64,000 bases of DNA from Alphaproteobacteria bacterium (GTDB lineage Bacteria; Pseudomonadota; Alphaproteobacteria; UBA828): contig CBDCRW010000003.1 in the NCBI GenBank assembly GCA_965221125.1, forward strand, positions 160,001 to 224,000, in the 5' to 3' direction. The stretch's first letter is position 1; each line of letters opens with the position of its first letter. The translations under genes and the position numbers were made by a program. Shown one piece after another: positions 48,328-60,144 of this stretch. The notes beneath the pieces were generated by a model. The model was not told the origin of the DNA, searched no databases, and worked only from the letters and a program-made list of their open reading frames with translations.

Positions 48328-49761
48328 ATGAGCGGCTTCGCGGAGTACGAATCATACGATGCGCTGGGTCTCGCGGCGCTCGTCAAGGCGGGCGAGGTCA
48401 GCGCGACGGAGGTGCTCGAAGCAGCCATCGCGCGCGTGGGCGAACGCAACCCCACCGTCAACGCGGTCGTCATGGAGCTTTACGACCTCGCGGCGGAGGC
48501 CATCGCGGCGGGCCTGCCGGACGGGCCGCTCACCGGCGTGCCGTTCCTGCTCAAGGATCTCGGCTCGTCGCTCGCCGGCGCCAGGACAGCGCGGGGCAGC
48601 CGCTTCTTCGCCGACCTGCCGCCGGCCGCCGAGGACAGCCTCCACGTCACGCGCCTCAAGCAGGCCGGCATGGTGATCTACGGCAAGACGAGCAGCTGCG
48701 AGCTCGGCCTCAGCCTCACCTGCGAGCCCCAGCTCTACGGCCCCTCGCGCAACCCCTGGGACCTGGAGCGGACACCCGCCGGCTCCAGCGGCGGCGCTGC
48801 GGCGGCCGTGGCGGCCCGCATGCTGCCCATCGCCCATGCCTCGGACGGATTCGGCTCGATCCGCGCGCCGGCGGCCTCCTGCGGCCTGGTCGGCCTGCGC
48901 CCGACGCGGGCGCGCAACACCATGGCGCCCTACTTCGGCGAATCGCTCGGCGGGCTCGCGGTGGAGAACGCGGTCTCGCTCACGGTCCGCGACAGCGCGG
49001 CGCTGCTCGATGCGACGGCCGGTCCTGCGCCGGGCGATCCCTACATCGCGCCGCCGCCGGCCCGCCCCTTCCTCGACGAGGTCGGCGCCGATCCCGGCAC
49101 GCTCCGCATCGCGGTCACCAGCACGGCGCCGAACGACGCGCCGGTGGAGGCCGACCCGCTGCGCGTGCTGCAGGAGACCGCGTCGCTCTGCGCCGACCTC
49201 GGCCATCGGGTGGACGAGGCCGACCCGGCGATCGACGGCGCCGACGTGGTGCCGACCTTCCGCACCATCAGCGCCATTCAGATCCTCTACCTGATTCGGG
49301 CTCATCCTGCCGGCCGGACGCCGCAGCCGGGCGATCTCGAGACCGTGGTGGCGGACACCGCCAAACTCGCCGAGGGGATCGACGGCGCGACCTACATGGC
49401 GGCGGTCCACACGGCGCACCGGATCGGCCGGCAAATGGCGGCGTTCCACGAGGACTGGGACGTGCTGCTCACGCCGGGCCTCGGCACGCTGCCGCCGAAA
49501 CTCGGCTGGCTCGACATGATGATGGACGATCTGGAGGAGTACTGGCGGCGCGTGTTCAGCTTCAGCCCGTTCACGGTGTGGTTCAACCTCACCGGCCAGC
49601 CGGCCATGATGATCCCGCTCGGGCAGACGGAGAGCGGCTTCCCGGTGGCGGTGCAGGCGATCGCCCGCCACGGCGACGAGGCCACGCTGTTCCGCCTCGC
49701 CGCCCAGCTCGAAGAGGCCCGCCCCTGGATCGGCCGCAGGCCCGCGTGGACTACATCCTGA
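48328..49761 (+). CDS. Amidase signature family protein
   Basis: [42 protein letters not shown]. Confidence 0.93.
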   Translation: MSGFAEYESYDALGLAALVKAGEVSATEVLEAAIARVGERNPTVNAVVMELYDLAAEAIAAGLPDGPLTGVPFLLKDLGSSLAGARTARGSRFFADLPPAAEDSLHVTRLKQAGMVIYGKTSSCELGLSLTCEPQLYGPSRNPWDLERTPAGSSGGAAAAVAARMLPIAHASDGFGSIRAPAASCGLVGLRPTRARNTMAPYFGESLGGLAVENAVSLTVRDSAALLDATAGPAPGDPYIAPPPARPFLDEVGADPGTLRIAVTSTAPNDAPVEADPLRVLQETASLCADLGHRVDEADPAIDGADVVPTFRTISAIQILYLIRAHPAGRTPQPGDLETVVADTAKLAEGIDGATYMAAVHTAHRIGRQMAAFHEDWDVLLTPGLGTLPPKLGWLDMMMDDLEEYWRRVFSFSPFTVWFNLTGQPAMMIPLGQTESGFPVAVQAIARHGDEATLFRLAAQLEEARPWIGRRPAWTTS

Positions 49762-52075
49762 CGCGCGACTTGTCGGGGTCATAGAAGGGGAACGGCACGA
49801 CCGTCGCCTCGAGGCGCTTCTGCACGTCGTCGAGCTGGCCCACCTCGACGGCGGTGCCGAGCCCCGCGTGCTCCACCGCCATGCGGCAGAGCGCGATGGA
49901 CTTTCCGGTCAGCGGCGAGCGCGTGCCCGACGTGACGACGCCGACGCGGTGGCGGCCGACGAACACGCCATCGCCGTGGCCCGCCACCTCGTCGCCCGCA
50001 AGCTCCAGGCCGACCAGCGTGCGCTGCGGGTTGGCCCTGCGCTTGATGAGCGCCGCCCTGCCGCAAAAGTCGTCCTCCTTGGACTTGAGCGGCACCGCAA
50101 ACCCGATCCCGGCCTCGAAGGGGTCGGTTTGATCGTCGAACTCGTAGCCCGCGAAGATCAGACCGGCCTCGATCCGCAGCATGTCGAGCGCTTCGAGGCC
50201 GAGCGGGCTCAGCCCGTGCGGCTCGCCCGCCTCGAAGACCGCGTCCCACACCGCCGCGCAATCGCCCGGATGGCAGAAAATCTCGTAGCCCAGCTCGCCG
50301 GTGTAGCCCGTGCGCGAGACCACCAGGGGCGAGCCGTCCGCGCCGCCCAGCCGCCCGACGGCGAAGCGGAACCAGCCGAGTTCCCCGACGCTCGGCTGGG
50401 CCGGCGGGGTCCAGACGACCGCGTCCACCACCTGCCGGCTCAGCGGACCCTGGACGGAGAGGTTGTGGAGCTGGTCGGTCGACGAGCGGACCCACACGTC
50501 GAGGCCCAGCGCCTCGGCCTGCTCACGCAGCCAGTCGCCGCCCTGGTCGCAGCCGCCGATCCAGCGGAAATTGTCCCGGCCCAGCCGGAACAGCGTGCCG
50601 TCGTCGAGCATCGTGCCGGTGTCGTAGCACATGGCCGTGTAGACGACCTGCCCCACCGCGAGCTTCCGCACGTTGCGGGTGAGGCAGTGCTGCAATAGCG
50701 CCTCCGCCCCCGGCCCCAGGACCTCGAACTTGCGCAGCGGCGAAAGGTCGATGGCGGCGGCGCGCTCGCGGCAGGCCCAGTATTCGGCGATCGGCCCGAC
50801 GCCGGTATAGCTGTTGGGCAGCCAATAGCCGTTGTATTCCACGAAGTCGCGGGTGCGGCCGCTGCTGCGGGCGTGGAAGCCGGTTTCCTTCGTCATGGTC
50901 ACGTCCGCGTCCGGTTGTTTGCGGTGACCGACGGCGCGCTTGAACGAGTCCGTCGCCGGATAGACGCGCACGTGAATGTCGGTGGGGTTCCAGCCGTTCG
51001 CCGCGTCGATGTCGTCCGGGCACGCGGACGAGACGCACACCAGGTCGGTGAGCGCGCGCAGCAGCACGTAGTCGCCGGGGCGCGACCACGGCTCGTCGAG
51101 AACGAACAGGTTCTGGCCGTCGACCACGGTGTTGTAGAAGAAGTTCATGGCCATCCAGCCGCGCCGGGGCTGAATCGCATACGCCTCCAGCGCGGCGTTG
51201 AAATTGTCGGAACAATTCGCGTGGCCGGGGTAGCCCTGGTCCTCGTAGTACTTGGCGGCGCAGGCGAGGCCGAAGGCGTCGTGGCGCATGCACGTGTCCT
51301 GCACCACCTCCACCAGCGCCACGAAATCCTGATCGAGATACTTGGCGCGCTGGCCGGGATGGGGATAGCCGAGGCCCATCAGCGAGCGGGTCGTGGTCAC
51401 GTCCAGGCAGCGCTCGACGCCTTCATCGAGCCGTGCCCGGTGGAAGGCCTGGAAGTCCGTGCACTGCCTGCCCTCGACATCGATGATCTGAAGCCACTCG
51501 CCGGCGCGCACCTCGTAGCTCGCGGCCGTGCGGCGATCGATCCGCCGGTCGAGGCGCGGGTCCGCCAGCGGCTCGGGCAGCATCGCCTCGCCTGCCGGCG
51601 GCGCACCGGCCGCACGCTCGACGAACACGATGATCGGCGTGGGCGGGTTCTGACCGTGCGGAGCCATCGGCGCACCCGGCGCGGCAACGAGCACCGTGCC
51701 GGCGGCGTTCGCGGTGAATGACGCCTCCTCGCCCGCGCGGCTCTCCGAACTGAACAGGTCGAGGGACGAGGCGCCGGCGAGGTCCCGGTCCACGCGCGCG
51801 GCACCGTCAGAAACCAGCCGGCGGAGGCCGGAAGCATCGCCCCCTGCCCTCTCCCCCAGCAGGTCGGTAGCAAAGCGGCCGTCGTCCGCCACGGGCACCA
51901 GCTCGCAGGGCTGCGCGCCCTCGGGATCGACGACGCGGACGACGTCGCCGCCGGCGATCCGTATGGCCTTCGCGCCGAGCCCCGGCACGACGTAGCGCTC
52001 GACCCCCGGCGGGAGCGCGTGCGGGCCGGGCCGCCGCACGCCCCGGCCGGGACGGGACGCACCGGCTGAAACCAT
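49751..52075 (-). CDS. tdm: TMAO demethylase (DUF1989 + GcvT aminomethyltransferase)
   Basis: GRQCTDF, DTCMRHDAFGLACAAKYYEDQGYPGHANCSDNFN, SACPDDID, followed by GcvT motifs DLSPLRKFE, SRTGYTGELGYE, LRIEAG, FYDP; directly downstream of tmoXWV. Confidence 0.9.
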   Translation of the reverse strand: MVSAGASRPGRGVRRPGPHALPPGVERYVVPGLGAKAIRIAGGDVVRVVDPEGAQPCELVPVADDGRFATDLLGERAGGDASGLRRLVSDGAARVDRDLAGASSLDLFSSESRAGEEASFTANAAGTVLVAAPGAPMAPHGQNPPTPIIVFVERAAGAPPAGEAMLPEPLADPRLDRRIDRRTAASYEVRAGEWLQIIDVEGRQCTDFQAFHRARLDEGVERCLDVTTTRSLMGLGYPHPGQRAKYLDQDFVALVEVVQDTCMRHDAFGLACAAKYYEDQGYPGHANCSDNFNAALEAYAIQPRRGWMAMNFFYNTVVDGQNLFVLDEPWSRPGDYVLLRALTDLVCVSSACPDDIDAANGWNPTDIHVRVYPATDSFKRAVGHRKQPDADVTMTKETGFHARSSGRTRDFVEYNGYWLPNSYTGVGPIAEYWACRERAAAIDLSPLRKFEVLGPGAEALLQHCLTRNVRKLAVGQVVYTAMCYDTGTMLDDGTLFRLGRDNFRWIGGCDQGGDWLREQAEALGLDVWVRSSTDQLHNLSVQGPLSRQVVDAVVWTPPAQPSVGELGWFRFAVGRLGGADGSPLVVSRTGYTGELGYEIFCHPGDCAAVWDAVFEAGEPHGLSPLGLEALDMLRIEAGLIFAGYEFDDQTDPFEAGIGFAVPLKSKEDDFCGRAALIKRRANPQRTLVGLELAGDEVAGHGDGVFVGRHRVGVVTSGTRSPLTGKSIALCRMAVEHAGLGTAVEVGQLDDVQKRLEATVVPFPFYDPDKSRVRM

Positions 52076-52105
52076 GTCCATTTCCTCGTCTCCCTCGGCG
52101 GTCGC

Positions 52106-54106
52106 TCAGGCAAGGCCCAGCTGGCGCCGCCGCTGCTCCGACCACTCCACGACCAGGCGGTCGACGGTGAGCCCGATGAAGGCGACGCAGAGGCCGATGA
52201 CGAGCCCCTTGCCCGCATCGGCGAAGGTCAGCGCCCGGAAGATCTCCTGGCCGAGGTCCTTGGTGCCGATGAAGGCGGCGATGATCACCATGAAGAGCCC
52301 GAACATGATGGTCTGGTTGACCCCCAGCATGATCTCGGGGAAGGCCAGAGGCATCCGCACCTTCCACAGGATCTGCCGCGGCGTGCAGCCGGCGGTAATC
52401 GCCGCCTCGATGGTCTCGTTGGGCACGCCGCGCAGGCCGAAGATCGTGTAGCGCACAATCGGGATCGCCGCGTAGATCACGATGGCCGTGATCGCGGCCA
52501 CGTCGCCCACCTGGAACAGCATGATCACGGGGATCAGGTAGATGAACGACGGGAAGGTCTGGAAGGTATCGCAGAGCAGTTGCACGAAGCGCGTGCGCCG
52601 CGCCGTCTTCGATGCCCAGATGCCGAGCGGCAGCCCGAAGATCAGGCAGAGGATCAGCGCGAAGAAGACCATGTAGGCCGTGATCGACGCGCGCTCCCAG
52701 AAGCCCGTGAGCGCGATGAAGGCGACGAAGCCGGCCACCGTCGCAGACAGCCGCCAGCCCGCGAGCCGCCAGCCGATGGCGCCGGCCAGCGCCGCGACCG
52801 CGATCCACGGCATCCACTGGAAGCCCGTGCGCAGCGGGATCAGCACGTGCACCAGCAGCCCGTCGCGGATGATGGAGAGCGGATCGTAGAGCGCGAAGGT
52901 GACGACATCGACGACCATGTCCCAGAAAGGCGCAGTGGTGATGGTGGCGTTCCTGGGCAGCGTCTGGGCATAGGGCGTGAGCTGCGAGGCGACGATGGAC
53001 GCGGCGATCACGAGTCCCGCGACGCAGAGGTATGGGTGCACCCGCCAGAACGGCCCTTCCGGGCGGCGCTCGGGCTGCTTCTCGGAGAGCGCCCGGCTGA
53101 GGCGGTCGAGCATGACCGCCATCAGCACCACGGCGACGCCGTTCTCGAGCGCCTGCCCGAGGCGCAGGCTCTGCAGGCGGAACAGCAGGTCCTGCCCCAG
53201 CCCCTTGGCGCCCACGAAGGAGGCGATCACCACCATCGCCAGGCACTGCATGATGACCTGGTTGACGCCCAGCATGAGCGAATCGCGCGCGGCCGGTATC
53301 TCCACCTTGAAGAGCATCTGCCAGCGCGTGCACCCGGCCATGCGGCCGGCCTCCCGCACCTCTTCCGAGACGCCCTTGAGCCCGAGCACGGTGAGCCGCG
53401 CCATCGGCGGGATCGCGAAGAGGATCGTGGCGATGGCGCCGGCCCGGTGCGAGACGCCGATGAAGAGCGCCACCGGGATCAGGTACGAGAAATGCGGCAG
53501 CGACTGCATGACGTTGAGGATCGGCCAGAGCAACCGCTCGAAGGGCGGCCACTTGACCGCCACCACGCCCAGAGCCACGCCGACGGCGGCCGCGATCGGC
53601 GCCGCGACCAGGACGACGGAGAGCGTCGTCATCGAGAGCGACCACTTGCCGAAGACGGCGAAGTAGACGATGCAGCCGCCGGCGAGCAGCGCGAGGCGCC
53701 AGCCCTTCAGCCACCAGCCGAAGACCGCGGCGAGGCCGGCGATCATCACCCACGGGATGGCGGGAATGCCGATCGACCTGAAGCCGTCTGCGAGCAGGCC
53801 GTGCACGATGTCGAGCGGCCACTCGATCCCGAAGGCGATCGCCCGCGTCGCGTCCTTCACGGTGAAGACGCCGAAGATCTCGTGCTTGTGGAAGACGTCG
53901 ACGACGACGTTGATCCAGTCGATGAAGGGTACCGCGATATCCCTGGGCCAGACGATCCCGGCCTCGGGCAGGATGGGCTTCAGCGCGAGGAGGACGACGA
54001 ACGGCACCAGGACGAGGAGCGGCCCCGCCCCCGGCGTGCGCCAGAGGCGGCGGGTGGCCGCGACCGGGCCCGCGATCGATCCGCCGAGGGTCCGCTCCGC
54101 GGCCAT
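52106..54106 (-). CDS. tmoV: TMAO ABC transporter fused double permease
   Basis: Two ProW-like halves (QSLPHFSYLIP / QTFPSFIYLIP, two EAA loops, LGVNQ twice). Confidence 0.85.
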   Translation of the reverse strand: MAAERTLGGSIAGPVAATRRLWRTPGAGPLLVLVPFVVLLALKPILPEAGIVWPRDIAVPFIDWINVVVDVFHKHEIFGVFTVKDATRAIAFGIEWPLDIVHGLLADGFRSIGIPAIPWVMIAGLAAVFGWWLKGWRLALLAGGCIVYFAVFGKWSLSMTTLSVVLVAAPIAAAVGVALGVVAVKWPPFERLLWPILNVMQSLPHFSYLIPVALFIGVSHRAGAIATILFAIPPMARLTVLGLKGVSEEVREAGRMAGCTRWQMLFKVEIPAARDSLMLGVNQVIMQCLAMVVIASFVGAKGLGQDLLFRLQSLRLGQALENGVAVVLMAVMLDRLSRALSEKQPERRPEGPFWRVHPYLCVAGLVIAASIVASQLTPYAQTLPRNATITTAPFWDMVVDVVTFALYDPLSIIRDGLLVHVLIPLRTGFQWMPWIAVAALAGAIGWRLAGWRLSATVAGFVAFIALTGFWERASITAYMVFFALILCLIFGLPLGIWASKTARRTRFVQLLCDTFQTFPSFIYLIPVIMLFQVGDVAAITAIVIYAAIPIVRYTIFGLRGVPNETIEAAITAGCTPRQILWKVRMPLAFPEIMLGVNQTIMFGLFMVIIAAFIGTKDLGQEIFRALTFADAGKGLVIGLCVAFIGLTVDRLVVEWSEQRRRQLGLA

Positions 54107-54109
54107 GGT

Positions 54110-55135
54110 CTACGCGCGGTCGCTGTACATCGCGTGGACGAGGCGGTAGCGGTCCACCACGCCGACCGTCCTGCCGTTCTCGTCGACCACGGCCACCGGG
54201 TGCTCGGCCTCGATCACCTGCGGTGCCACGTCCGCCAGCGTGGCGTCCGCCCTGACCTCGCCCTGCGTGGCCTCGTCCGCAGCCGCGGGGCGCACCGCCG
54301 TCGCCACCGTGAGCAGGCGATCCCGCGCCACGTCCTTGGTGAACTCGCGCACGTAGTCGGTCTCCGGGTTCTCGATCAGCTCGGTGGCGGTGCCGGACTG
54401 CTCGATGATGCCGTCCTTCATGATGATGATCCGGTCGGCGAGCCGGATGGCCTCGTCGAAGTCGTGCGTGATGAACAGGATCGTCTTCTGCAGCATGTTC
54501 TGCAGGCGCAGGAACTCGTTCTGCATCTCGCGCCGGATGAGCGGGTCGAGGGCGGAGAACGGCTCGTCGAGGAACCAGAGCTCGGGCCCCACGGCGAGCG
54601 AGCGGGCGATGCCGACGCGTTGCTGCTGCCCGCCGGAAAGCTCGCGCGGGTAGTAGCGCTCGCGCCCGTCGAGGCCCACGAGCTCGATCATCTCCCGGGC
54701 GCGGGCCTCGCGGGTGCGCCGGTCGATGCCCTGCACCTCGAGGGGAAAGGCCACGTTCTGCAGCACCGTGCGGTGGGGCAGCAGCGCGAAGTGCTGAAAC
54801 ACCATGCCCATCTTGTGGCGGCGCAGCTGCGTCAGCTCGCGATTGGTCGCCTTGAGCAGGTCCTGGCCCTCAAACACGATCTCGCCGGCGGTGGGCTCGA
54901 TCAGGCGCGCGAGGCAGCGCAGAAGCGTGGACTTGCCGGAGCCCGAGAGCCCCATGATCACGAGTATCTCGCCGGCGTTGACCTCCAGCGAGGCGTCGCG
55001 CACGGCGGGGATGTAGCCTTCTTCCAGAATGGCGGCGAGGTCGGGCGCGCCCCCGTGCCGGTCCATGAACGGCCGGGGCTTGGGGCCGAACAGCTTCCAG
55101 ACGCTGCTGCACGTGAGAATGGGATCGGCCAACAT
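54110..55135 (-). CDS. tmoW: TMAO ABC transporter ATPase (ProV-like)
   Basis: GLSGSGKS, LSGGQQQRVGIARSL, DEPFSALDPLIR, ITHD, C-terminal CBS-like region. Confidence 0.88.
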   Translation of the reverse strand: MLADPILTCSSVWKLFGPKPRPFMDRHGGAPDLAAILEEGYIPAVRDASLEVNAGEILVIMGLSGSGKSTLLRCLARLIEPTAGEIVFEGQDLLKATNRELTQLRRHKMGMVFQHFALLPHRTVLQNVAFPLEVQGIDRRTREARAREMIELVGLDGRERYYPRELSGGQQQRVGIARSLAVGPELWFLDEPFSALDPLIRREMQNEFLRLQNMLQKTILFITHDFDEAIRLADRIIIMKDGIIEQSGTATELIENPETDYVREFTKDVARDRLLTVATAVRPAAADEATQGEVRADATLADVAPQVIEAEHPVAVVDENGRTVGVVDRYRLVHAMYSDRA

Positions 55136-55255
55136 GCACCTCCCTGCCGCGGCGAAGCGTGCGTTGCCGCTCCGCCCGGTCAGCCCGCCTCCCCCGTCGC
55201 CGGCGGCGCGGGGCACGGACTGCCTTATGCCCGTACTATGTGCCGGCAGGGGCAC

Positions 55256-55301
55256 GAAATAAAGCGAGGGCGCCGCCACAGGGAGACGGACGGCGCCCTC
55301 G
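55256..55301 (-). terminator. Hairpin with U-rich tail between tmoX and tmoW
   Basis: CGAGGGCGCCG...CGGCGCCCTCG stem; the minus strand continues CTTTATTT. Confidence 0.6.
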
Positions 55302-55319
55302 TCGCCAGCAGGCTCTAGG

Positions 55320-56288
55320 CTAGTTCACCCAGGACTGCCACTTGGCTTCGTTGTCGGCCAGCCACTTGTCGGCCGCCTCTTCGACTTCCATGCCGTCGAT
55401 GTCGACGAGCTTGGACATCACCGCGATGTCGAGATTGGTGAGGTTCATCTTCGAGACGATGGCATAGACCGTCGGCCACTTGTCGGGCATGCCCTTCCAG
55501 ACGCCGATCTTGAGATAGCCGTCCTTCGGGTTGCCGCAGTCGTAGGTCATATCGGGGTTGGGACCCCAGGCCGGATCGTCCTTGCAGCCCTCGCCATACT
55601 CGGGGAACTCGACGAACTTGCCGTCGTAGATCGCCTCGATGAAGTTGGGCGTCCAGTTGAAGTGCACGATCGGCGCCTTGCGCTCGAACGCCGATGCGAG
55701 CTCCGCCCAGATCGCCGCGGCCGAGCCGGCGTTCACCACCTCGAAGTCCATGCCGAGGCCTTCGACGCGCTCGGCGTCGTGCTTCAACCAGTCGACCGGC
55801 CCGCCGAGGAAGCGACCCTTCGGGGCCGTCTCGGCCGTGGAGAACATCTCGGCGCAGGCATTCAGCGCTTGCCAGTCGGGCAGGCCCGGGCACTGCTCCT
55901 CGACATAGCTCGGATACCACCACTCCTCGCGGGTCTTCGCGTCGTGGGTCGCGGCGTCGATCACGCAGCCCTGGTCCACCACCGTCTCGAAGGCCACGCC
56001 GAACGCGCCCTGCCAGACCTCGTGGACCACGTCGATGTCACCCTCGCACATGGAGGTGTAGACCACCTGGCTGTCGGCGGGGATGAACTCGGTCGCGAAG
56101 CCCTGGCCGTTCAGAATCTTGCCCAGGACATGGGCGCCCACGATCTGGCTCGACCAGTTGTGGATCGGTATCTTGATCGGGTCGTCGGAATCCGCGGCCC
56201 CTGCCACGCCGGACACGGCGCCCGACAGGCCGATCGCGGCCCCCGCGACGAGGGCGATTGCCAACCGCCTCATTTTCGTTCCCACCAT
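55320..56288 (-). CDS. tmoX: TMAO-binding periplasmic protein
   Basis: ADSDDPIKIPIHNWSSQIV, EVWQGAFG, TREEWWYP, CPGLPDWQALN, GPVDWLKH, FNWTPNF, YDCGNPKDGYLK match the TmoX clade as recalled. Confidence 0.9.
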   Translation of the reverse strand: MVGTKMRRLAIALVAGAAIGLSGAVSGVAGAADSDDPIKIPIHNWSSQIVGAHVLGKILNGQGFATEFIPADSQVVYTSMCEGDIDVVHEVWQGAFGVAFETVVDQGCVIDAATHDAKTREEWWYPSYVEEQCPGLPDWQALNACAEMFSTAETAPKGRFLGGPVDWLKHDAERVEGLGMDFEVVNAGSAAAIWAELASAFERKAPIVHFNWTPNFIEAIYDGKFVEFPEYGEGCKDDPAWGPNPDMTYDCGNPKDGYLKIGVWKGMPDKWPTVYAIVSKMNLTNLDIAVMSKLVDIDGMEVEEAADKWLADNEAKWQSWVN

Positions 56289-56369
56289 AGTCGCCTCCTC
56301 CATGTTGCTTGCGTGCGGTCCTCGGCATGCGCAGACATCCGCGCAGCTAAGCACAAGGGTAAAGAGGCG

Positions 56370-56431
56370 TTGTGAACAAGACAGACCATTGCCATAAACA
56401 GCCTGTAAAAGATCATGAAAGATGTGAAAAT
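56370..56431 (-). promoter_or_regulatory. Degenerate tor-box-like direct repeats in the tmoX/torR divergent promoter
   Basis: Minus-strand decamers TTGTTCACAA (56370-79), CTGTTTATGG (56392-401) and ATTTTCACAT (56422-31), each 7/10 to CTGTTCATAT; weaker copies at 56403 and 56413. Confidence 0.5.
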
Positions 56432-56457
56432 GGAGAATCGATGATCCGAGCCCGCGA

Positions 56458-57162
<705 letters not shown>

Positions 57163-60144
57163 GCGCTGCGCTCGGCTGAATCGAGGCCGGCCCAGAGCGT
57201 CACCAGCGCCTCGCGGGACTCTTCGAACAGGCTCCCCAGGTCCTCGGCGAGCGCAGCCGCCTCCGGCGTCCGCGCGCGCGCTTCCAGCACGCCGCAGCGG
57301 TCCGCCAGGCGGCGCAGCCCGAGGCTGCCGGCGGCACCCCGCAGCGCGTGGGCGAGATCCGCCGCGCGCTCGATGCGCCCCTCGACCAGAGCCTGCCTGA
57401 TCCCGTCGATCTGGACCGGGGCGGTTTCCACAAACGTGTCGATCATCAGGGCGCCGCGCTCGGCTCCGAGAACGGCGCGGTCCTCCGCCAGCACGGTCGG
57501 ATCGATGATCGAGCCGTCGTCGCCGGCGTCCCGCTCGCCGCCCTCGCTTCTGCGTCCGTCGCGCGTGTGGCCGAGGACGCGCGCAATCGTCTCCGCCAGG
57601 CCGTCGGGCGCGATGGGCTTGCCGATGAAGGCATCCATCCCCGACTGCAGGTGCTGCGCGACCTCGCTGTCGAACACGTGCGCCGACATGGCGATGACGG
57701 GCAGCGAGCGGATCGCCGCATCGGTGTGAGCGCGGATGCGCTGCGTCGCCTCGATGCCGTCGATGCCCGGCAGGCTGATGTCCATCAGCACCAGATCGAA
57801 GGTCCGGGTCTCGAGCAGCGCGAGCCCCTCTTCGGCGGTCGGCGCGACCAGCGGCTCGTGCCCCATCCTGGCGACGAAGGCTTCGACGACCATCGCGTTG
57901 ACCACGTTATCCTCGACGACGAGGACGCTCAGCGCCCTCTCGGGCCCGGCCGCCCCGTGCGGAATCGCTTCGGCCGGCGGCTGCGCTGCGGCCTCGCTCT
58001 GCGGCAGCGGCAGCGTGACCGAGAAGCAACTGCCCTCCCCCGGCTCGGTCTCCACCGCGATTTGCCCGCCCATCGCCGTGACCAGCCGCCGGGAGATGGC
58101 GAGGCCGAGCCCGGTTCCGGTCTGCTGCCCGCGCCGGCGCGAGGACGCCGCCTGGTAGAAGGGCTCGAAGAGCTGGGCCAGGTCGGGCTCGGCGATGCCG
58201 GGGCCCGTATCCCGCACGGCAAGGTGGATCGCGTCGCGCCCGCCGCCGTTGGAGACCGCGAGCGAGACGGTGCCGCGGTCCGTGAACTTGATGCCGTTGC
58301 CGAGCAGGTTGAGAAGCACCTGGCTCAGCTTCTGGCGATCGCCCGTCACCGCCGCCGGCACGCCCGCGTCGATGGTGAGGTCAAGGGCGAGGTCCTTCTC
58401 CCTCGCGCGGCCCTGCATGAGCACCACGATGTCCTCGACCAGCTCGTGCAGGTCGAAGACGGCGTTGTCGACCTCGATCTCGCCGGACTCGACCCGCGAG
58501 TAATCCAGGATGTCGTTGAGGATGCCGAGCAGGATTTCGCTCGACGAGCGCATGACCCGGACCTGCTGCTGTTGCCGGTCGTTCAGCGGGCCGTCCGCCA
58601 TGAGCCGCAGCATGCCGAGCACCCCGTTCATCGGGGTGCGGATCTCGTGGCTCATCGTGGCAAGGAACTCCGACTTGGCGCGGCTCGCCTGCTCGGCGCG
58701 GGCCCGCGCCTGGTCGTGGTTCTCCACTTCCTCGACGAGCCGCGCGTTGGCGTCCGTCAACTGCGCCGTGCGCTCGTCGACCAGCCTTTCCAGCTGTTCC
58801 TTGTGCTCTTGCAGCTCGTCGTAGGTCTGCTTTTGCTTTTTCTCGAGCTCCCGCTTTTCGCTCAGGTTGTTGCGGAACACCTTGACCGTCTTGGCCATGT
58901 CCGAAAGTTCGTCGCTGCCTCCCGCCGGCACGTCAACGTCAAGGCGCCCGCTGGCAAGGCTCTGCATCACCCGGTGCAGCGCCCTGAGCCGGTGGACGAG
59001 GTTGCGGTGGACGTAGAGCCAGGCGATGGCGCCCGCGATGGCGATGAAGAGCACGATCTGCAGCAGCACGGTGAGGCCGCCGAACTCGACGGCGCTGTCC
59101 GCCGCCTCGGATGCGTTGGCGGCGATCAGTTGAGAGCGGGAGACCACCGCTGCCACGCCTTCGTTCATCCGGTCGGTCAGCGCGCGATCGTCGTCGACGA
59201 GGCTGGCGAGCGCGGCATCGAGAGCCAGCGTCCGGCGGCGCAGGTCGAACAGGCCGAGCGTGCCGGGCGGCCCATCGGCCGCGAGCGCGGCAACGAGCGT
59301 CCCCGCCTGCTCGCGGCGGATCGGATCGTCGATCAGGGCCACGCGGCGCGGCAGGATGCGGAGGTTGCCGCTGTAGCGCTCCTCGATCCAGGCGATCTCG
59401 TCGGCATCGCGCGCCCGGCTGAGCTGGTTCAGCAGCAGCCCCTGCTCCGAGGCGCGCATCCTGAGCTCGAACATCCGCTCGAGCAGGAACAGATCGGCCT
59501 CGACCAGCCGGTCGAAGGCGTCCAGCGTGGCCGGCAGGCGCGCCCGGTCCTCGACCAGCTCGTAGAGGTTGGAGATGACCACGGTGGCGCCGGACGCCGC
59601 GTTGGAGGTGAGCGTCTCGGAAAGCGCGGAGAGTTCCCCGGCCGCGGCCAGCGTGCGCGCGACCGAGGCGGCCATCACGGCGTTCATCTCGATCCGCGCC
59701 GCGACCATTTCGTCCTGCCGCTCCAGGTTGGCCGTCAGCGCCGAGACCACGCCGCGCAGCTCGGCGACTTCCTCCTCGGGGAAGCCGTACCCCTCCAGCG
59801 CATCGAGCCGGGCGGAGAGCAGATCGGTCGTGGAGCGGAGGATGTGGGCCTCCGCCTGCCGCTCGGCCTGGCTCTCGGCCGTGGCGAGCAGGGCGCCGCG
59901 CGCGGCGATCCGGCTCGAGGTCTCGGCGATGATCCGCCCCTCGGCGATGGCCGGCAGGGCCTGATCGACGATGGTGGTCTGCGCCGTGTCGACGTTGCGC
60001 AGCACGACCCAGCCGATGATCCCGGCTGCGATGGAGAGAGCCGCGACGCCAGCGAACGCGGCGAAGAGGCGGCTCGCGATGCCGAAGCGGCGGAACATGG
60101 GAAATTAGAACACCGGATGGAATCGAAAGGCAATCGGCTTCAGA

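Noticed and set aside
48328-49761. Amidase as part of the TMAO operon
   Set aside because: Opposite strand and convergent with tdm; no sequence evidence of a functional link
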